In this document: positions 1 through 11,385 of the stretch, piece by piece
Position numbering within the stretch: the first letter of the stretch is position 1
How the letters are laid out: every line of letters starts with the position of its first letter
From: Polyangiales bacterium
GTDB lineage: Bacteria; Myxococcota_A; Polyangia; Polyangiales; Polyangiaceae
Assembly: GCA_038231275.1 (NCBI GenBank)
Contig: JBBRLQ010000005.1
Span: forward strand, 160,001-224,000
Direction of reading: 5' to 3'
Length of the DNA stretch: 64,000 nt
The notes under the pieces: generated by a model
Seen by the model: the letters and a program-made list of their open reading frames with translations, nothing else
What the model was told of the DNA's origin: nothing
Database searches by the model: none
Position numbers and translations under genes: made by a program

Positions 1-486
1 GATGGTCACGTCCTTGCCGCCGAGGCGGAGCGAGCGACCCGAGAGCTTCACGCGGGTGTCGGTCGTGAGGATCGCCTCGGCGGCGAGCTCGATCGCCGCG
101 CCGCGCGCCGAGACGAGCAGGGCAGCGCCATCCTCGAGCTTCTTGGTGGGCAGCCGCACGCCGATGACGCCCGTGGACGCGCACAAGACGCTGTCGCCGG
201 GGACGCCGAGCGCTTTGCCCGCGGCGTCGGCCACCGCGCGCACGTCGCGCTCGCCCTCCGGTCCGACGAGCGCGTTCGCGTTGCCGCTGTTCACGACGAT
301 GGCGCGGATGGTGGTGCTCGGCACGCGCGCGCGCGCGTCGACGATGGGGGCGGCGCACGCGGTGTTGACGGTGAAGCAGCCAGCGGTGGTGCACGGCGCC
401 TCGCTGAACACGAGCGCCATGTCCTTGCGCGCCGCCTTGATGCCGCAGTTGATGCCGGCGTACGCGAAACCGAGGGGCGTCTTCAT
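1..486 (-). CDS. argJ: Glutamate N-acetyltransferase/ornithine acetyltransferase ArgJ (5' part; runs off the window start)
   Basis: Manual translation from ATG 486: MKTPLGFAYAGINCGIKAARKDMALV...AIVVNSGNANA...ASTGVIG...AILTTDT. ATGA overlap with the argC stop. Not in the ORF track. Confidence 0.93.
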   Translation of the reverse strand, partial: MKTPLGFAYAGINCGIKAARKDMALVFSEAPCTTAGCFTVNTACAAPIVDARARVPSTTIRAIVVNSGNANALVGPEGERDVRAVADAAGKALGVPGDSVLCASTGVIGVRLPTKKLEDGAALLVSARGAAIELAAEAILTTDTRVKLSGRSLRLGGKDVTI

Positions 487-1508
487 GGCATGATCCGCAT
501 CAGGTGATCGAGGCCGAGGGTCTCGGGGAGATCGAAGAGGAGGTTCAGGTTCTGCACCGCCTGACCGGCGGCTCCCTTGAGCAGGTTGTCGATCGCCGCG
601 ACGCTGACGACGACGTCGGCGTTGGCGGTCGCGCCGACGCGCGCGTGGTTGGTGCCGGTGACGCTCTTCAGCGTGGCCTCGGCTGGCGCGCACGCGTGGA
701 CGAACGGCGTCTTCGCGTACGCGTCGGCCAGGCATTCGGCGACGCGCGCGGCCGTGGTGCCCGGCCGCGGGCGCGCGTAGCACGTCGTAAGGAGGCCGCG
801 CTTCAACGGAAGAAGGTGCGCCGTGAACGTCACCGCGTTCGGCCGCGCGCCGACGCGCCCGAGCGCGCGCGCGATCTCCGGCGTGTGCTGGTGCGTGAGG
901 ATCTTGTAAGCGCGCGCGTCCTCGTCGACCTCCGAGAACGAGTACTCCTCTTTTGCCTGCCGCCCAGCGCCGGTGACGCCGGACTTGCCGTCGACGACCA
1001 GCCCCGCCGGCTCCACGAGGCCCGCCTTCACGAGCGGCGCGAGCGCGAGGATCGCCGCCGTCGCGAAGCACCCGGGGTTGGCGACGAGCGCGCCCTTCGG
1101 CGGCGCACCGAAGATCTCCGGCAACCCGTAGTGCGCTTTCGCCAGCCATCCCGGCGCAGGGTGCTCGAGGCCGTACCAATGGGTGTAGTCTGCACCCGTC
1201 TCCAAGCGGAACGCGCCAGAGAGATCGACCACCGCGGTCCCTCGCTCGCCGAACGCCGGTCCGAGCACGGCGCTCACCTCGGCGCTCGTCGCCAGGAGCA
1301 CCGCGTCGCACGATTCACGCAGCTCGAGGGCCGCGCCGTTCGACGCGAACGCTCCGGCCACCGGGAGGAGCAGGTGATCGGCGATTGGCTTGCCGGCGAG
1401 CTTGTCGCTCGTCACCCACGCGAGCGAGAGCCCCGGGTGCGCAGCGACGAGGCGCGCCGCGACGCCCCCCGTGTACCCGGTCCCTCCGACGACTCCGACC
1501 CGCACCAT
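483..1508 (-). CDS. argC: N-acetyl-gamma-glutamyl-phosphate reductase
   Basis: GGTGYTG Rossmann motif, DLSGAFRL, ANPGCF catalytic Cys, SGVTGAG, IDNLLKGAAGQAVQN. Confidence 0.96.
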   Translation of the reverse strand: MVRVGVVGGTGYTGGVAARLVAAHPGLSLAWVTSDKLAGKPIADHLLLPVAGAFASNGAALELRESCDAVLLATSAEVSAVLGPAFGERGTAVVDLSGAFRLETGADYTHWYGLEHPAPGWLAKAHYGLPEIFGAPPKGALVANPGCFATAAILALAPLVKAGLVEPAGLVVDGKSGVTGAGRQAKEEYSFSEVDEDARAYKILTHQHTPEIARALGRVGARPNAVTFTAHLLPLKRGLLTTCYARPRPGTTAARVAECLADAYAKTPFVHACAPAEATLKSVTGTNHARVGATANADVVVSVAAIDNLLKGAAGQAVQNLNLLFDLPETLGLDHLMRIMP

Positions 1509-1550
1509 CGGCGGCGCTTATAGCCCAGGCGGAAGGGCGGGGAAGCGATA

Positions 1551-2075
1551 TTAGAAGACCACTTCGGGGCGATCGAAGACGCTCCGGAGTAGGCCTTCGA
1601 GCAGGTCCGCCTCGGCGCGCGAGAAGGCGGCGACGTGCGGCGAGTCCAGGTCGAGAACGGCGCGGAGGAGGCCGCCCGCCACGACCGGCACGACGAGCTC
1701 GGAGCGGCTCCGCGCATCGCAGGCGATGTGGTCGGCGACCGCGTGCACGTCATCGACGAGCTGCACCTCGCGGGTGCTCGCGGCCTTGCCGCAGACTCCT
1801 CGCGCGAAGTCGATGCGGAGGCACCCCATCGATCCCTGATACGGCCCCACCGCGAGCGTCGTCTCGGCGATGCGCCGGTAGAAGCCGCAGAAGTTGGCGT
1901 GGGCGAACGTCTCCCAAAGCAGGCACGCGAGCGTCGCTTCGATCGCGACCGCGTCGGTCTCTCCCTCCACGGCCGCCGCGATGTAGCCGATCGCCTCCGA
2001 GAGACGCGCCACGCGCGCCGCCTCCGGCAACAAGACTTCGCGCTCCAGAGGAGGGAGGGGAATACCTTCGGCCAT
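1551..2075 (-). CDS. msrC: GAF-domain protein, free methionine-R-sulfoxide reductase-like
   Basis: GPYQGSMGCLRIDFARGVCG...DVHAVADHIACDARSRSELVVP...LDLDS. Start taken at ATG 2075; the ORF extension to 3314 is antisense to a real gene. Confidence 0.8.
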   Translation of the reverse strand: MAEGIPLPPLEREVLLPEAARVARLSEAIGYIAAAVEGETDAVAIEATLACLLWETFAHANFCGFYRRIAETTLAVGPYQGSMGCLRIDFARGVCGKAASTREVQLVDDVHAVADHIACDARSRSELVVPVVAGGLLRAVLDLDSPHVAAFSRAEADLLEGLLRSVFDRPEVVF

Positions 2076-2258
2076 CGCGCCCACGCTGGCGCGAACAATG
2101 GTCGCTGTAAAGACCTCGGCCCCTCTCCGCTGGGTCATGCGATCCCGGGACGTGCTTTGCGTAGCGGGCGAAGTGCCGCGGCCATGGCCAAATTCGGCCG
2201 AAAACGCGCGATGTAAGGTCACGTCGCACGCTGGCCCGTCGGTTGCTCTACGGCGATC

Positions 2259-3341
2259 ATGCTCGAACGCATCTCTCTCGCCGTCGCCGCCGCGCTGGTG
2301 CTCTCTCCCATTCTCGCCTGCGGAGGCCGCGAGGTCACCGACGGGCCTCCGAGCCCGGGCGCGCCCGAGATCGCGCTCGTTCCCGCGGCGTGCGAAGGAG
2401 CGCTGGAGACCATCGCCGAGCTCGATGGCATGGCCCTCGGCGGGCTCGCCGCGGCGCCGGATGGAACCTTGTTCTACTCCATCGCCAAGCCGACGGATGC
2501 CGCCGGCATCTACACCGTCCGCGCCGGCGGCGCCCCTTCGCGGATCTCGACCGAGATAGCGATCCTCCAGATTTTCGTCGATGGGCCGAGCCTCTTTCTC
2601 GTTGGCCCTCACGGGATCCGGAAGCTTCCGATCTCCGGCGGCGAGTCGACTCCCATCGCTACCCCCGCGCCGTCGACGTTCGTCAGGGCGGCTCGACTCG
2701 ACGCGACCTCCGCGTTCTACGTCACTCAACCCCTCATCACCGGACCGAGCCTGGGAGTGCCGTTTACCGTGAACCGGGTCTTGCTTCAGGGAGGCGAGCC
2801 CTCTGTGGTCTTCGCCTCCGACGAAGGGAAGCTCCGACCCGGCTCGCTCGTCTTGAACGGCGATGAGATCTTGATCGGCGGCAACGACTCGGGGATCTAC
2901 CACGCGCCAAAATCCGGTGGCTCGCCGGTGCTCCTCCACGAGAACGCGACGATGTCGTTGCTCGTCGCGTCGGGCGGAACCATCTTCTCGGATCGGTGGG
3001 AATCCGGGCTCCTCATCAGCACGAGCGACCCAAGCGCTCCGCCGACGTCCATCGGTTGGCCGCTCGGCAGCGCGCTCTCGTCCGGAGGGCCAGCGCTGAA
3101 CGTGGTCGCCGACGACGCATGGGCGTACATCGGATTCCAAATTTTCCAAAACGGTACGGCGCGCACGGCGATCGCACGCCTTCCCCGTGGCCACGAGTCG
3201 GTGAACGTCGGCGGATGCACGGTGCCGGGCACACAGGACCTCGAGCTCGATGAAGGAATGGCGCTCGACGCGTCCTACGTCAACATCATGCTGACCGATC
3301 CCATTCGGCCGCACTCGCGCATCGTGCGGATGGTGCGCTGA
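2259..3341 (+). CDS. Hypothetical lipoprotein, possible beta-propeller
   Basis: Signal peptide with lipobox ILAC; repeated beta-rich units ending in GG. Confidence 0.7.
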   Translation: MLERISLAVAAALVLSPILACGGREVTDGPPSPGAPEIALVPAACEGALETIAELDGMALGGLAAAPDGTLFYSIAKPTDAAGIYTVRAGGAPSRISTEIAILQIFVDGPSLFLVGPHGIRKLPISGGESTPIATPAPSTFVRAARLDATSAFYVTQPLITGPSLGVPFTVNRVLLQGGEPSVVFASDEGKLRPGSLVLNGDEILIGGNDSGIYHAPKSGGSPVLLHENATMSLLVASGGTIFSDRWESGLLISTSDPSAPPTSIGWPLGSALSSGGPALNVVADDAWAYIGFQIFQNGTARTAIARLPRGHESVNVGGCTVPGTQDLELDEGMALDASYVNIMLTDPIRPHSRIVRMVR

Positions 3342-3365
3342 AACGGACCCTCGACGAAACCTCGC

Positions 3366-3569
3366 TTACTCGCCGGACTCGATCGGCGGCGGCGGGAAGC
3401 TCGATTGCAGCCGTGCGCGAAGGCGCTCGGTGGAGGCGCGCAGGCGCTGGACGCTCTGGCGCAGCTCGTTGGTTCGCCCGCTGAGCCGACGCCGTCGCCG
3501 CTCCAGCCGATCCGTCGTCGCCTGGAGCTCCGCCGTAAGCTCGGCGTTGTCCTTGTCGGCGGGGATCAT
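3366..3569 (-). CDS. Small coiled-coil hypothetical protein (67 aa)
   Basis: ATG 3569 preceded by GGGGGAG; heptad-like MIPADKDNAELTAELQATTDRLE...LRQSVQRLRAS. Confidence 0.55.
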   Translation of the reverse strand: MIPADKDNAELTAELQATTDRLERRRRRLSGRTNELRQSVQRLRASTERLRARLQSSFPPPPIESGE

Positions 3570-3727
3570 GGCTCCCCCCATAGTGCAACTGGCGCTCCAT
3601 CCGCCGGCCTCGCGTCCGCCAAGGGCAGAATCCTGTAGTTTCAACCTTCCCTCGCACCTTTGGCGCGCCCGAACTTGGCCTTGGTCCGGATCGCCGCTAG
3701 TCCATGGGGAGGGCTCCACGCCTCACC

Positions 3728-5170
3728 ATGTTGCTTCCCGACCCCCGCCTTTTCGTGGCCTCGACGTCGCACGAAGGGGGACCTTTCCTCGACGTTCACG
3801 ACCCTTGGTCAGGGGAGCGGCTCGCGCAGGTGACGATGGCCGATCGCGCCCGCGCCGAAGAGGCGACGAGCGCGGCAGTTCGTGCGTTCGAGCGGACGCG
3901 CGCGATGAGCAGCCACGCCCGTCGTGAGCTTCTTCGACGGGTCGCGCGCGGGCTCGAGGCGCGCAAGGACGGGCTCGCGGATCTCATCGCGCGGGAGGCG
4001 GGCAAGCCGCTGCCCCTCGCGCGTAGTGAGGTCGCGCGCGCGATCGCGACGTTCGAGCTCGGCGCGGAAGAAGCGACGCGCGTGGGCGGCGAGGTCATGC
4101 CGCTCGACGTGACCGCGCCTTCGCAGGGCTACCGCGGCGAGTGGACGCGCGTCCCCGCGGGGCCCGTCATCGCGCTGTCGCCGTTCAATTTTCCGCTCAA
4201 CCTCGTCGCGCACAAGATCGCGCCGGCGCTCGCGTGCGGTTGTTCGATCGTGCTGAAGCCCGCGCCGCAAGCGCCGCTGACCGCGCTCGCGCTCGGCGAG
4301 ATCTTGCGCGAGGCCGACATGCCGGACGACGCGGTGCAAATCGTGCCGTGCCCGGTCGACGTCGCCGAGGCGATGGTCAAAGACGATCGCTTCGCCACGC
4401 TGTCGTTCACGGGAAGCGCCAAGGTCGGCTGGTACCTCAAGTCGATCGCCGGCAAGAAGCGGGTGCTCCTCGAGCTCGGCGGCAACGCAGCGGCGATCGT
4501 GCACGAAGACGCTCCGGAGCGCGCCGCCGCCGCCGTCGTCGCCAGCGCGTTCGGCTACGCGGGGCAGGTGTGCATCAAGACGCAACGCCTCTACCTCCAT
4601 CGCCCGATCGCCGACGCGTTCTTGGCCGACCTCGTCCACCGCGCGCGCAGCCTCCATCCAGAGGAGCCGCGCCTCGCGAAGGGCATCCTCGGGCCGCTCA
4701 TCGACGAAGCAAACGCGCGGCGCGTCGAGTCGTGGGTGCAAGAGGCGCGCGACGCCGGCGCCGACGTCCTCATCGGCGGTACTCGCGACGGCGCGCGCCA
4801 CGCCGCGACGGTGATCGGGATCGAGGGCGACGGTCGCGGCCTCGACGTCGTCGACGAAGAGGTGTTCGGCCCGGTCCTCACCGTTCACGTCTACGACACC
4901 TGGGACGACGCGCTCGCGATGGCGGACGGCACGCGCTACGGCCTCCAAGCGGGCGTCTTCACCGACTCGCACGCGCGCATCCGCGAGGCCTTCGAGCGCC
5001 TGCACGTCGGTGGCCTCATCGTGAACGACACGGCGACGTTCCGCGTCGACGCGATGCCCTACGGCGGAACGCGCGACTCCGGTCTCGGCCGCGAGGGCGT
5101 GCGCTTCGCGATCGAGGAGATGACCGAGCGAAAGATGCTGGTCTCGTACGGCGCGCCGCGCGGCGGCTGA
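3728..5170 (+). CDS. Aldehyde dehydrogenase family protein
   Basis: SPFNFPLNL, LKPAPQAP, FTGSAKVG, LELGGN, GQVCI, EEVFGPV, PYGGTRDSGLGREG. Confidence 0.95.
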   Translation: MLLPDPRLFVASTSHEGGPFLDVHDPWSGERLAQVTMADRARAEEATSAAVRAFERTRAMSSHARRELLRRVARGLEARKDGLADLIAREAGKPLPLARSEVARAIATFELGAEEATRVGGEVMPLDVTAPSQGYRGEWTRVPAGPVIALSPFNFPLNLVAHKIAPALACGCSIVLKPAPQAPLTALALGEILREADMPDDAVQIVPCPVDVAEAMVKDDRFATLSFTGSAKVGWYLKSIAGKKRVLLELGGNAAAIVHEDAPERAAAAVVASAFGYAGQVCIKTQRLYLHRPIADAFLADLVHRARSLHPEEPRLAKGILGPLIDEANARRVESWVQEARDAGADVLIGGTRDGARHAATVIGIEGDGRGLDVVDEEVFGPVLTVHVYDTWDDALAMADGTRYGLQAGVFTDSHARIREAFERLHVGGLIVNDTATFRVDAMPYGGTRDSGLGREGVRFAIEEMTERKMLVSYGAPRGG

Positions 5171-5179
5171 TCGCGGCGA

Positions 5180-6439
5180 CTACGGGGTCGCGACCTCGAC
5201 GGCACGGCCCTCGACGACGTCGACGTTCGGGAGCTTCACGATGCGCGTCGTCTCGTCCACGCCGCTGGCGATCTCGATCTCCTTGCCGGTGTCGCGCTCG
5301 ATGGTGACCGAAACGAAGTGCACCGTCCCCTCCGCGGTGACGGTCGCGACGCGAAGGCCCTTGGCGTCGTCGATCAGCGCGGTGCCGGGGATCCCGTAGA
5401 CCTTGTGCGGGACCGAGAGGGACAGCGCGACTTGCGCGTACATGCCGGAGAGCAGCTCGCCCTTCGGGTTGGGGACGCGTACCTCCGTCGTCATCGTGCG
5501 AGTCGTGGCGTCGAGCGAGCCGGCGGAGCGCGTGACCTTGCCTTCGAAGTTGCGACCGCCGAACTCGCGGATCGTGACCTGTGCGGGAACGTCGAGCTTC
5601 ACGGCGTTCGCGACGTCCTGCGGGATCTGAACGTAGACGCGCACCGTGTCGGTGTTCGCGACCTTGAAGAGCGGGCTCGTGTTGCCAGCCGTGACGAGCG
5701 CGCCCCGCTCGACGCTGCGGAGGGTCACCCGACCGGAGAACGGCGCGACGACGTGCGCGAACGACTTGAGCCGCATGAGTCGCTGGATGTTCGCGCGCTG
5801 CGCGTCTGCGTTCGCTCGCGCGACGGCGATGTTCGCCTCGTCGACCTTCGCCTGCGCGCCCTTCTGCTCGAGGTCCTGTTCGCTGGCGAGGCCCGCCGGC
5901 GTGAGGCGCTTGTAGCGCTCGAGGTTCTGCTGCGAGAAGACGGCGTTCGCTTGCGCCTGCAGGATCATCGCTTCGGTCTGCGCGAGCTGCGCCTTGGCCT
6001 GGACGAGCTCCTGCTCGAGCTCGGGGGTGTCGATCTCGGCGAGGACGTCTCCCTCCTTCACCTTGTCGCCCAGGTCGAACGCCCAGCTGCGCACGTAGCC
6101 GCTCGCGCGCGGGTACAGCACCGTCTCCTCGAGCGGCTGCACGCTGCCGGGCAGGCTGATGGAGCGATCGCTCGTGCTCGCCTTGGGCTGCACGATGACG
6201 ACGCGCAGCTGCGCGCCCAGGCTGGACTGCGACTCGCTCTCCAGGGCCGCGCGCGCCTGACGCTTGGGGAGCCACCCGACGAAGAACGCGCCACCGATGA
6301 CCACCGCGGCCACCAGCATCAAGGCCATCGCGCGCGCGGGCGTGAACGTGGCGGGCGCGGGCAGCTCGAAGCCGAGGTCGTCGCCTCCACCGCCTCTGGC
6401 CGGTGCCTTCTCCTTGGGCTCGTTCGTTTCGCTCGTCAT
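5180..6439 (-). CDS. RND efflux periplasmic adaptor (MFP) subunit
   Basis: N-terminal TM, RASGYV...GDKVKEGDVLAEI lipoyl half-motif, coiled hairpin, APFSGRV. ATGA overlap with the permease stop. Confidence 0.92.
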   Translation of the reverse strand: MTSETNEPKEKAPARGGGGDDLGFELPAPATFTPARAMALMLVAAVVIGGAFFVGWLPKRQARAALESESQSSLGAQLRVVIVQPKASTSDRSISLPGSVQPLEETVLYPRASGYVRSWAFDLGDKVKEGDVLAEIDTPELEQELVQAKAQLAQTEAMILQAQANAVFSQQNLERYKRLTPAGLASEQDLEQKGAQAKVDEANIAVARANADAQRANIQRLMRLKSFAHVVAPFSGRVTLRSVERGALVTAGNTSPLFKVANTDTVRVYVQIPQDVANAVKLDVPAQVTIREFGGRNFEGKVTRSAGSLDATTRTMTTEVRVPNPKGELLSGMYAQVALSLSVPHKVYGIPGTALIDDAKGLRVATVTAEGTVHFVSVTIERDTGKEIEIASGVDETTRIVKLPNVDVVEGRAVEVATP

Positions 6440-9400
6440 GTCGCGATCGCCTCCAGCTCCGGGTCCTCTGCGGGCGCCTTGCGCCTGAGGATGCCGTACA
6501 TCACCGGCACGAAAAACAGGGTCATGAACGTCGCCAGCGCGAGGCCGCCGATGACGGCGCGGCCGAGCGGTGCATTTTGCTCGCCGCCCTCGCCGAGCCC
6601 GAGCGACATGGGCAGCATACCGATCATCATCGCGAGCGCGGTCATGATCACCGGGCGGAGGCGCGTCATGCCCGCGGCGAGCGCGGCCTCGCGCGCATCG
6701 CGGCCGTACGCGCGCTGCTCGTTGGCGAACGTGACGACGAGGATGCTGTTGCTGGTCGCGACGCCGACGCACATGATCGAGCCCATCAGCGCCGGCACGC
6801 TCAGGGTGGTCCCCGTGAGGAACAGCATCCACGCGATGCCGGCGATCGCGCCGGGCAGCGCCATCAGGATGATGAAGGGGTCGAGCCACGACTGGAAGTT
6901 CACGACCATGAGCAGGTAGACGAGGAGCACCGCGAAGAAGAGGCCGATGAGCAGGCCGCGGAACGACGACTCCATGCTCTCGACCTGCCCCTTCACGCGC
7001 AGGGTCGTGCCGCGCGGGAGCTCGGGCCCCATGGCGTCGACGATCTTGTGGACGGCGGTCGCCACGGAGCCGAGGTCCGTGCCGTCGACGTTGGCTTGCA
7101 CGTCGAAGGTACGCGCCGCGTTGTAGTGCGTGATGTTCACCGGCCCGGTGATGCGGGAGATCGTCGCGACGTTCGCCAAGAGCGCCGGAACGCCGAGCTC
7201 ACCGCGCGACAGCGGCGTGTTCTGCAGCGCCGCCATCGTGCCGTTGTCGTACTGCGGGGTCTGGATCGCGATCGGGTACTGCACGCCGAACTTGCCATCG
7301 AGCCAGTACGATGGCGACACCTGCGCGCTCGACGACAGCGAGGTGAGCAGATCGCTCGCGACGTCGCGCTGCGAGAGGCCCGCTTGCTGCGCCATCGTGC
7401 GGTCCACGTCGATGCGCAGCTCGGGCTGGGCGGAGACCTGGGCGAGGTGCACGTCGGCCGCGCCGGGGATGCGCTTAACCCGCGCCGCGATCGTGCGTGC
7501 GACTTCGAGCGTCTTGTCTTCGTTGCCGGGCGCGCCGGTGACCATCACGTCGATCGGCGCAGCGATTCCGAAGTTGAGCACCTGGGTCGAGATGTCCGGC
7601 GCGAGGAAGAAGAAGGTGGTGTCGGGGTATTTCGCGTTCAGCGTCTTTCGCAGCGCGCGCACGTAGTCGGCGGTCGGCGCGTGCTCGGGCTTGAGGGAGA
7701 TGAAGATCTGCCCGTCGGACGCCGAGATCTGCGCGCCTTCGCTGAGCGAGAGGTTGATGCCGCTGTAGGGGATGCCGATGTTGTCGAGCATCGTCCCGAT
7801 CTCGCCCTTGGGGATGACCGTGCGGATCGTCTTCTCGATGTCGGCGAAGCGCTTCTCGGTCTCCTCGATGCGGACGCCGGGGGCGCCGCGTACGTGCAGC
7901 TTGATGAGACCGGCATCGACCGTCGGGAAGAAGTCGCGCCCGAGCATCGGCCCGAGCCCGAGGGAGAGGACCGCAAAGCCGAACAACGTGCTCGCCGCGC
8001 GCCGCGGCCGCGACAGGGCCCACGCGAGGAGGCTGCCGTACGCGATGCGGAGCCCGTTGAAGCCGCGCTCAAACGCCGCGTTGAAACGCCCGAAGAAGCC
8101 CTTGGACGGCGCCGCCTGGCCGTCGTGCCCGTGCACCTCCTTCGCGAGCAGGAAGCGCACCATCGTCGGCACCAGCGTGCGCGACAGGAGGTACGACGTG
8201 ATCATCGCGAAGACGACTGCCAACGCGAGCGGGATGAAGAGGGACTTCGCCGCGCCGGTGATGAACGCGACCGGCACGAAGACGATGCAGATGCACAGCG
8301 TCGACACGAACGCCGGCACCGCGATCTGCTGTGCGCCGTCGAGGATGGCGTTCACCAGCGTCTTTTTCTGCGCGAGGTTGCGGTGGATGTTCTCGATCTC
8401 GACCGTCGCGTCGTCGACGAGGATGCCGACAGCCAGCGCCATGCCTCCGAGCGTCATGACGTTGAGCGTCTGCCCCAGCGCGTAGAGCACGACGATCGAG
8501 ACGAGGATCGACAGCGGGATCGACACGATCACTACGAGCGTCGCGCGCCAGCTGCGGAGGAAGAGGAGGATCATGAGCGCGGTGAGGCCGGCAGCGATGA
8601 GCGCCTCCTTCACGACGCCATCGATCGCGGCGCGCACGAAGAGCGATTGGTCGAAGAGCGTGCTGAGCTTGAGCTCCTTGGGAAGCCGGGCGGCCGTCGC
8701 CGAGAGCAGGGCCTTGATACCGGCGACGACGTCGAGCGTGCTCGCGCTGCCGTTCTTCATGACCGACAGGAGCACGCTGCGGCGGCCCTCGACGTGGACC
8801 ATGTTCGTTTGCGGCGCGTAGCCGTCGCGCACGCTGGCGACGTCGCGGATGTAGACCGTCGTGCCCTTTACGGTTTTTATCGGTAAATTCGCGAGATCCG
8901 CGAGGGCGGTGGGGCTCGAGTTCGTGAGCACCGGGTACTCGTTTACCCCCATCTTGGCGGTGCCGGTCGGCATGATCACGTTCTCGGCGAGGACCGCGGC
9001 GGTGACGTCGCGCGGCGACAGACCCCACGCGAAGAGGCGCGACGGGTCGATGTCGACCATGACCTGCCGCATCTTGCCGCCGTACGGCCACGGGATCTGC
9101 GTCCCCGAGACCGTCGCCGCGTCGGCGCGTACGTAGTTGGTCGCGTAGTCGAAGAGCTGCTGCTCGCTGAGCGAGTCGCTCTCCAGCGCCATCTGCAGGA
9201 TGGGCACGTTCGACGCGCTGTACCGGATGATGAACGGCGGCGTCGCGCCGGGGGGCATCAGCTTCACGACCGATTGGGAGATCGCGGTGACCTGCGCCGT
9301 GGCCGCCTCGATGCGCGCGCCGGGGTGGAAGTAGATCTTCACGATCGCCAGCCCGGTCAACGACTGACTGTCGATGTGCTCGATGTCGTTGACCGTCGTC

Positions 9401-9615
9401 GTGAGCGCGCGCTCGTAGTTCGTGATGAGCCGCTTCTCCATCTCTTCGGGCGGGAGGCCGCCGTAGAACCAGATCGCGGAGATGACGGGGATGTCGACGT
9501 CGGGAAAGATGTCCTTCGGCATGCGAAGGGTAGTCCCCACCCCCAAGATGACGATGAGCATCGCCATCACGACGAAGGTGTAGGGGCGCTTGAGCGCGAT
9601 GCGTACGAGCCACAT
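6436..9615 (-). CDS. RND efflux permease (AcrB/CusA family)
   Basis: [14 protein letters not shown] start, [32 protein letters not shown]; about 1060 aa. Confidence 0.95.
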   Translation of the reverse strand: MWLVRIALKRPYTFVVMAMLIVILGVGTTLRMPKDIFPDVDIPVISAIWFYGGLPPEEMEKRLITNYERALTTTVNDIEHIDSQSLTGLAIVKIYFHPGARIEAATAQVTAISQSVVKLMPPGATPPFIIRYSASNVPILQMALESDSLSEQQLFDYATNYVRADAATVSGTQIPWPYGGKMRQVMVDIDPSRLFAWGLSPRDVTAAVLAENVIMPTGTAKMGVNEYPVLTNSSPTALADLANLPIKTVKGTTVYIRDVASVRDGYAPQTNMVHVEGRRSVLLSVMKNGSASTLDVVAGIKALLSATAARLPKELKLSTLFDQSLFVRAAIDGVVKEALIAAGLTALMILLFLRSWRATLVVIVSIPLSILVSIVVLYALGQTLNVMTLGGMALAVGILVDDATVEIENIHRNLAQKKTLVNAILDGAQQIAVPAFVSTLCICIVFVPVAFITGAAKSLFIPLALAVVFAMITSYLLSRTLVPTMVRFLLAKEVHGHDGQAAPSKGFFGRFNAAFERGFNGLRIAYGSLLAWALSRPRRAASTLFGFAVLSLGLGPMLGRDFFPTVDAGLIKLHVRGAPGVRIEETEKRFADIEKTIRTVIPKGEIGTMLDNIGIPYSGINLSLSEGAQISASDGQIFISLKPEHAPTADYVRALRKTLNAKYPDTTFFFLAPDISTQVLNFGIAAPIDVMVTGAPGNEDKTLEVARTIAARVKRIPGAADVHLAQVSAQPELRIDVDRTMAQQAGLSQRDVASDLLTSLSSSAQVSPSYWLDGKFGVQYPIAIQTPQYDNGTMAALQNTPLSRGELGVPALLANVATISRITGPVNITHYNAARTFDVQANVDGTDLGSVATAVHKIVDAMGPELPRGTTLRVKGQVESMESSFRGLLIGLFFAVLLVYLLMVVNFQSWLDPFIILMALPGAIAGIAWMLFLTGTTLSVPALMGSIMCVGVATSNSILVVTFANEQRAYGRDAREAALAAGMTRLRPVIMTALAMMIGMLPMSLGLGEGGEQNAPLGRAVIGGLALATFMTLFFVPVMYGILRRKAPAEDPELEAIAT

Positions 9616-9687
9616 GCCGACGGCTCCGATGCCGTGACCAAGAGTCCGGCTTCGCGCGGCGCCTGTCCAATAGCTCCAGCGACGGCT

Positions 9688-9708
9688 GTGATACCTTTTG
9701 GGTATCAC
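9688..9708. promoter_or_regulatory. LysR-type operator, inverted repeat GTGATACC-N5-GGTATCAC (contains ATAC-N7-GTAT)
   Basis: Perfect 8-bp dyad between the divergent RND and LysR genes, ending 1 nt before the LysR ATG; fits the T-N11-A rule. Confidence 0.75.
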
Positions 9709-9709
9709 C

Positions 9710-10627
9710 ATGGACGTCGAGCTGCGTCACCTGAGGTACTTCGTCGCGGTGGCCGAGGAGCGCCATTTCGGCCGCGCGGCGCGCCGGCTCGGGATCGCGC
9801 AGCCGCCGCTCAGCCGGCAAATCCAGGCGCTCGAGGGGGAGCTGGGGCTGCTCTTGTTCGAGCGCACGCGCCGAATGGTCGAGCTCACGCAGGCCGGCGA
9901 GGCCCTCCTCCAACGGGCACGAACGGTGTTCGAGGCCGTCGACGTCGCGATCCACGAGGCGCAGCGCGCCGCGCACGGCCAGGCGGGGCGCATCGCGATT
10001 GGGTACCCGTCGTCGGTCGCCTACAGCGGCCTCGTCGAGCTCCTCCGCGCGTTCCGGCAGCGCGCGCCCGACGTGCAGATCGCCCTGAGCGAGCTACCGC
10101 CCCAAGATCAGATCGACGCGCTCAAGGATCGCCGCCTCGACGTCGGGTTCGTCCGCAGCGCGCTCGACGATCCACAGATCGCCGTCGAGCACGTGCGGAG
10201 CGAGCCGTTCGTCGTTGCGCTGCCCGCCGATCATCCGCTCGCGTCGCGCCGTCGCATCCCCCTCGAGCTGCTCCGCGACGAGCCGTTCGTGTCGATCCAG
10301 CGCCACCGCGCGCCGGCGTTCTTCGATCACATCATGCGCCTCTGCCACGCCGCCGGCTTCGTCCCTCGGATCGCGCAGGAGGCGTCGCAGCTCGATCTGG
10401 TGAGCCTCGTCGCCGCGGGGTTCGGCGTTGCCATCGTCCCGAGCTCGCTGCGCGACGTCCGGCGCGGCGGCATCGTGATGCGCCCCATCCCCGGCGCCCC
10501 ACGCACCGAGCTGCTCCTCGCGTGGCGACCCGACAACTCGTCGCCGGCGCTTCGTGGTTTCCTGGAGTTGGTGCGCAACGTCGGCGTCCGCCGGGCGAAG
10601 CGCTCCCGCCGCGCCCGCGTTGCCTGA
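9710..10627 (+). CDS. LysR-family transcriptional regulator (BenM/CatM/AlsR-like)
   Basis: [42 protein letters not shown], followed by a substrate-binding domain. Confidence 0.95.
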   Translation: MDVELRHLRYFVAVAEERHFGRAARRLGIAQPPLSRQIQALEGELGLLLFERTRRMVELTQAGEALLQRARTVFEAVDVAIHEAQRAAHGQAGRIAIGYPSSVAYSGLVELLRAFRQRAPDVQIALSELPPQDQIDALKDRRLDVGFVRSALDDPQIAVEHVRSEPFVVALPADHPLASRRRIPLELLRDEPFVSIQRHRAPAFFDHIMRLCHAAGFVPRIAQEASQLDLVSLVAAGFGVAIVPSSLRDVRRGGIVMRPIPGAPRTELLLAWRPDNSSPALRGFLELVRNVGVRRAKRSRRARVA

Positions 10628-10695
10628 CTCCGGGCCGCCGGCAATTTTGCCGTCTCCGCCGACCCACCTACGATGACTCGGGCTGGGAGGCGACC

Positions 10696-11385
10696 ATGAA
10701 GCAGCGAATCGCAGCTGAATTCTTCGGGACGATGTGGCTGGTCCTCGGCGGCTGCGGCAGCGCGGTCCTCGCCGCGGCGTTTCCGCAGCTCGGGATCGCC
10801 TTCCACGGCGTCGCGCTGGCCTTCGGCCTCACGGTCCTCTCGGGCGCCTACGCGTTCGGGACCATCTCGGGGGGTCACTTCAACCCCGCGGTCACGCTGG
10901 GCCTCACCGTCGCCGGCCGCTTCCAGTCGAAGGACCTCCCCGCGTACTGGGCGGCGCAGGTCGCGGGCGGCATCGCGGGGGCCGGCGTCCTCTTCTTCAT
11001 CGCGAGCGGCAAACCCGGGTTCGCGCCGGGCGGCTTCGCGTCGAACGGCTTCGGCGAGCACAGCCCGGGCGGCTACTCCATGACCTCCGCGCTCGTCTGC
11101 GAGGTCGTGATGACCTTCTTTTTCCTCCTCGTGATCCTGGGCGTCACCGCGAAGAAGGCGGCGCTCGACCTGGCGCCTGTCGCGATCGGCCTCTGCCTCA
11201 CGCTGATCCATCTCATCAGCATCCCGGTGACCAATACGTCGGTGAACCCCGCGCGCAGCACGGCGGTCGCGCTCTTCGCCGAGGGAGGGTGGGCGATGCC
11301 GCAGCTGTGGCTCTTCTGGGTCGCGCCGCTCATCGGCGCCGCGATCGCCGGCTTCGTCTTCCCGAAGGCCTTCAGCGCGGAGTAG
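10696..11385 (+). CDS. aqpZ: Aquaporin Z
   Basis: [46 protein letters not shown]. Confidence 0.96.
   Translation: MKQRIAAEFFGTMWLVLGGCGSAVLAAAFPQLGIAFHGVALAFGLTVLSGAYAFGTISGGHFNPAVTLGLTVAGRFQSKDLPAYWAAQVAGGIAGAGVLFFIASGKPGFAPGGFASNGFGEHSPGGYSMTSALVCEVVMTFFFLLVILGVTAKKAALDLAPVAIGLCLTLIHLISIPVTNTSVNPARSTAVALFAEGGWAMPQLWLFWVAPLIGAAIAGFVFPKAFSAE

Noticed and set aside
2076..3314. N-terminal extension of the GAF ORF to 587 aa
   Set aside because: Overlaps the lipoprotein gene 2259-3341 on the opposite strand; the GAF domain is complete from ATG 2075.
6403..8886. 827-aa ORF and many other long Arg/Ala-rich ORFs (e.g. 35683-38340, 37119-39728, 53476-56001)
   Set aside because: Antisense or off-frame shadows of well-supported genes, as expected at high GC; no recognisable motifs.
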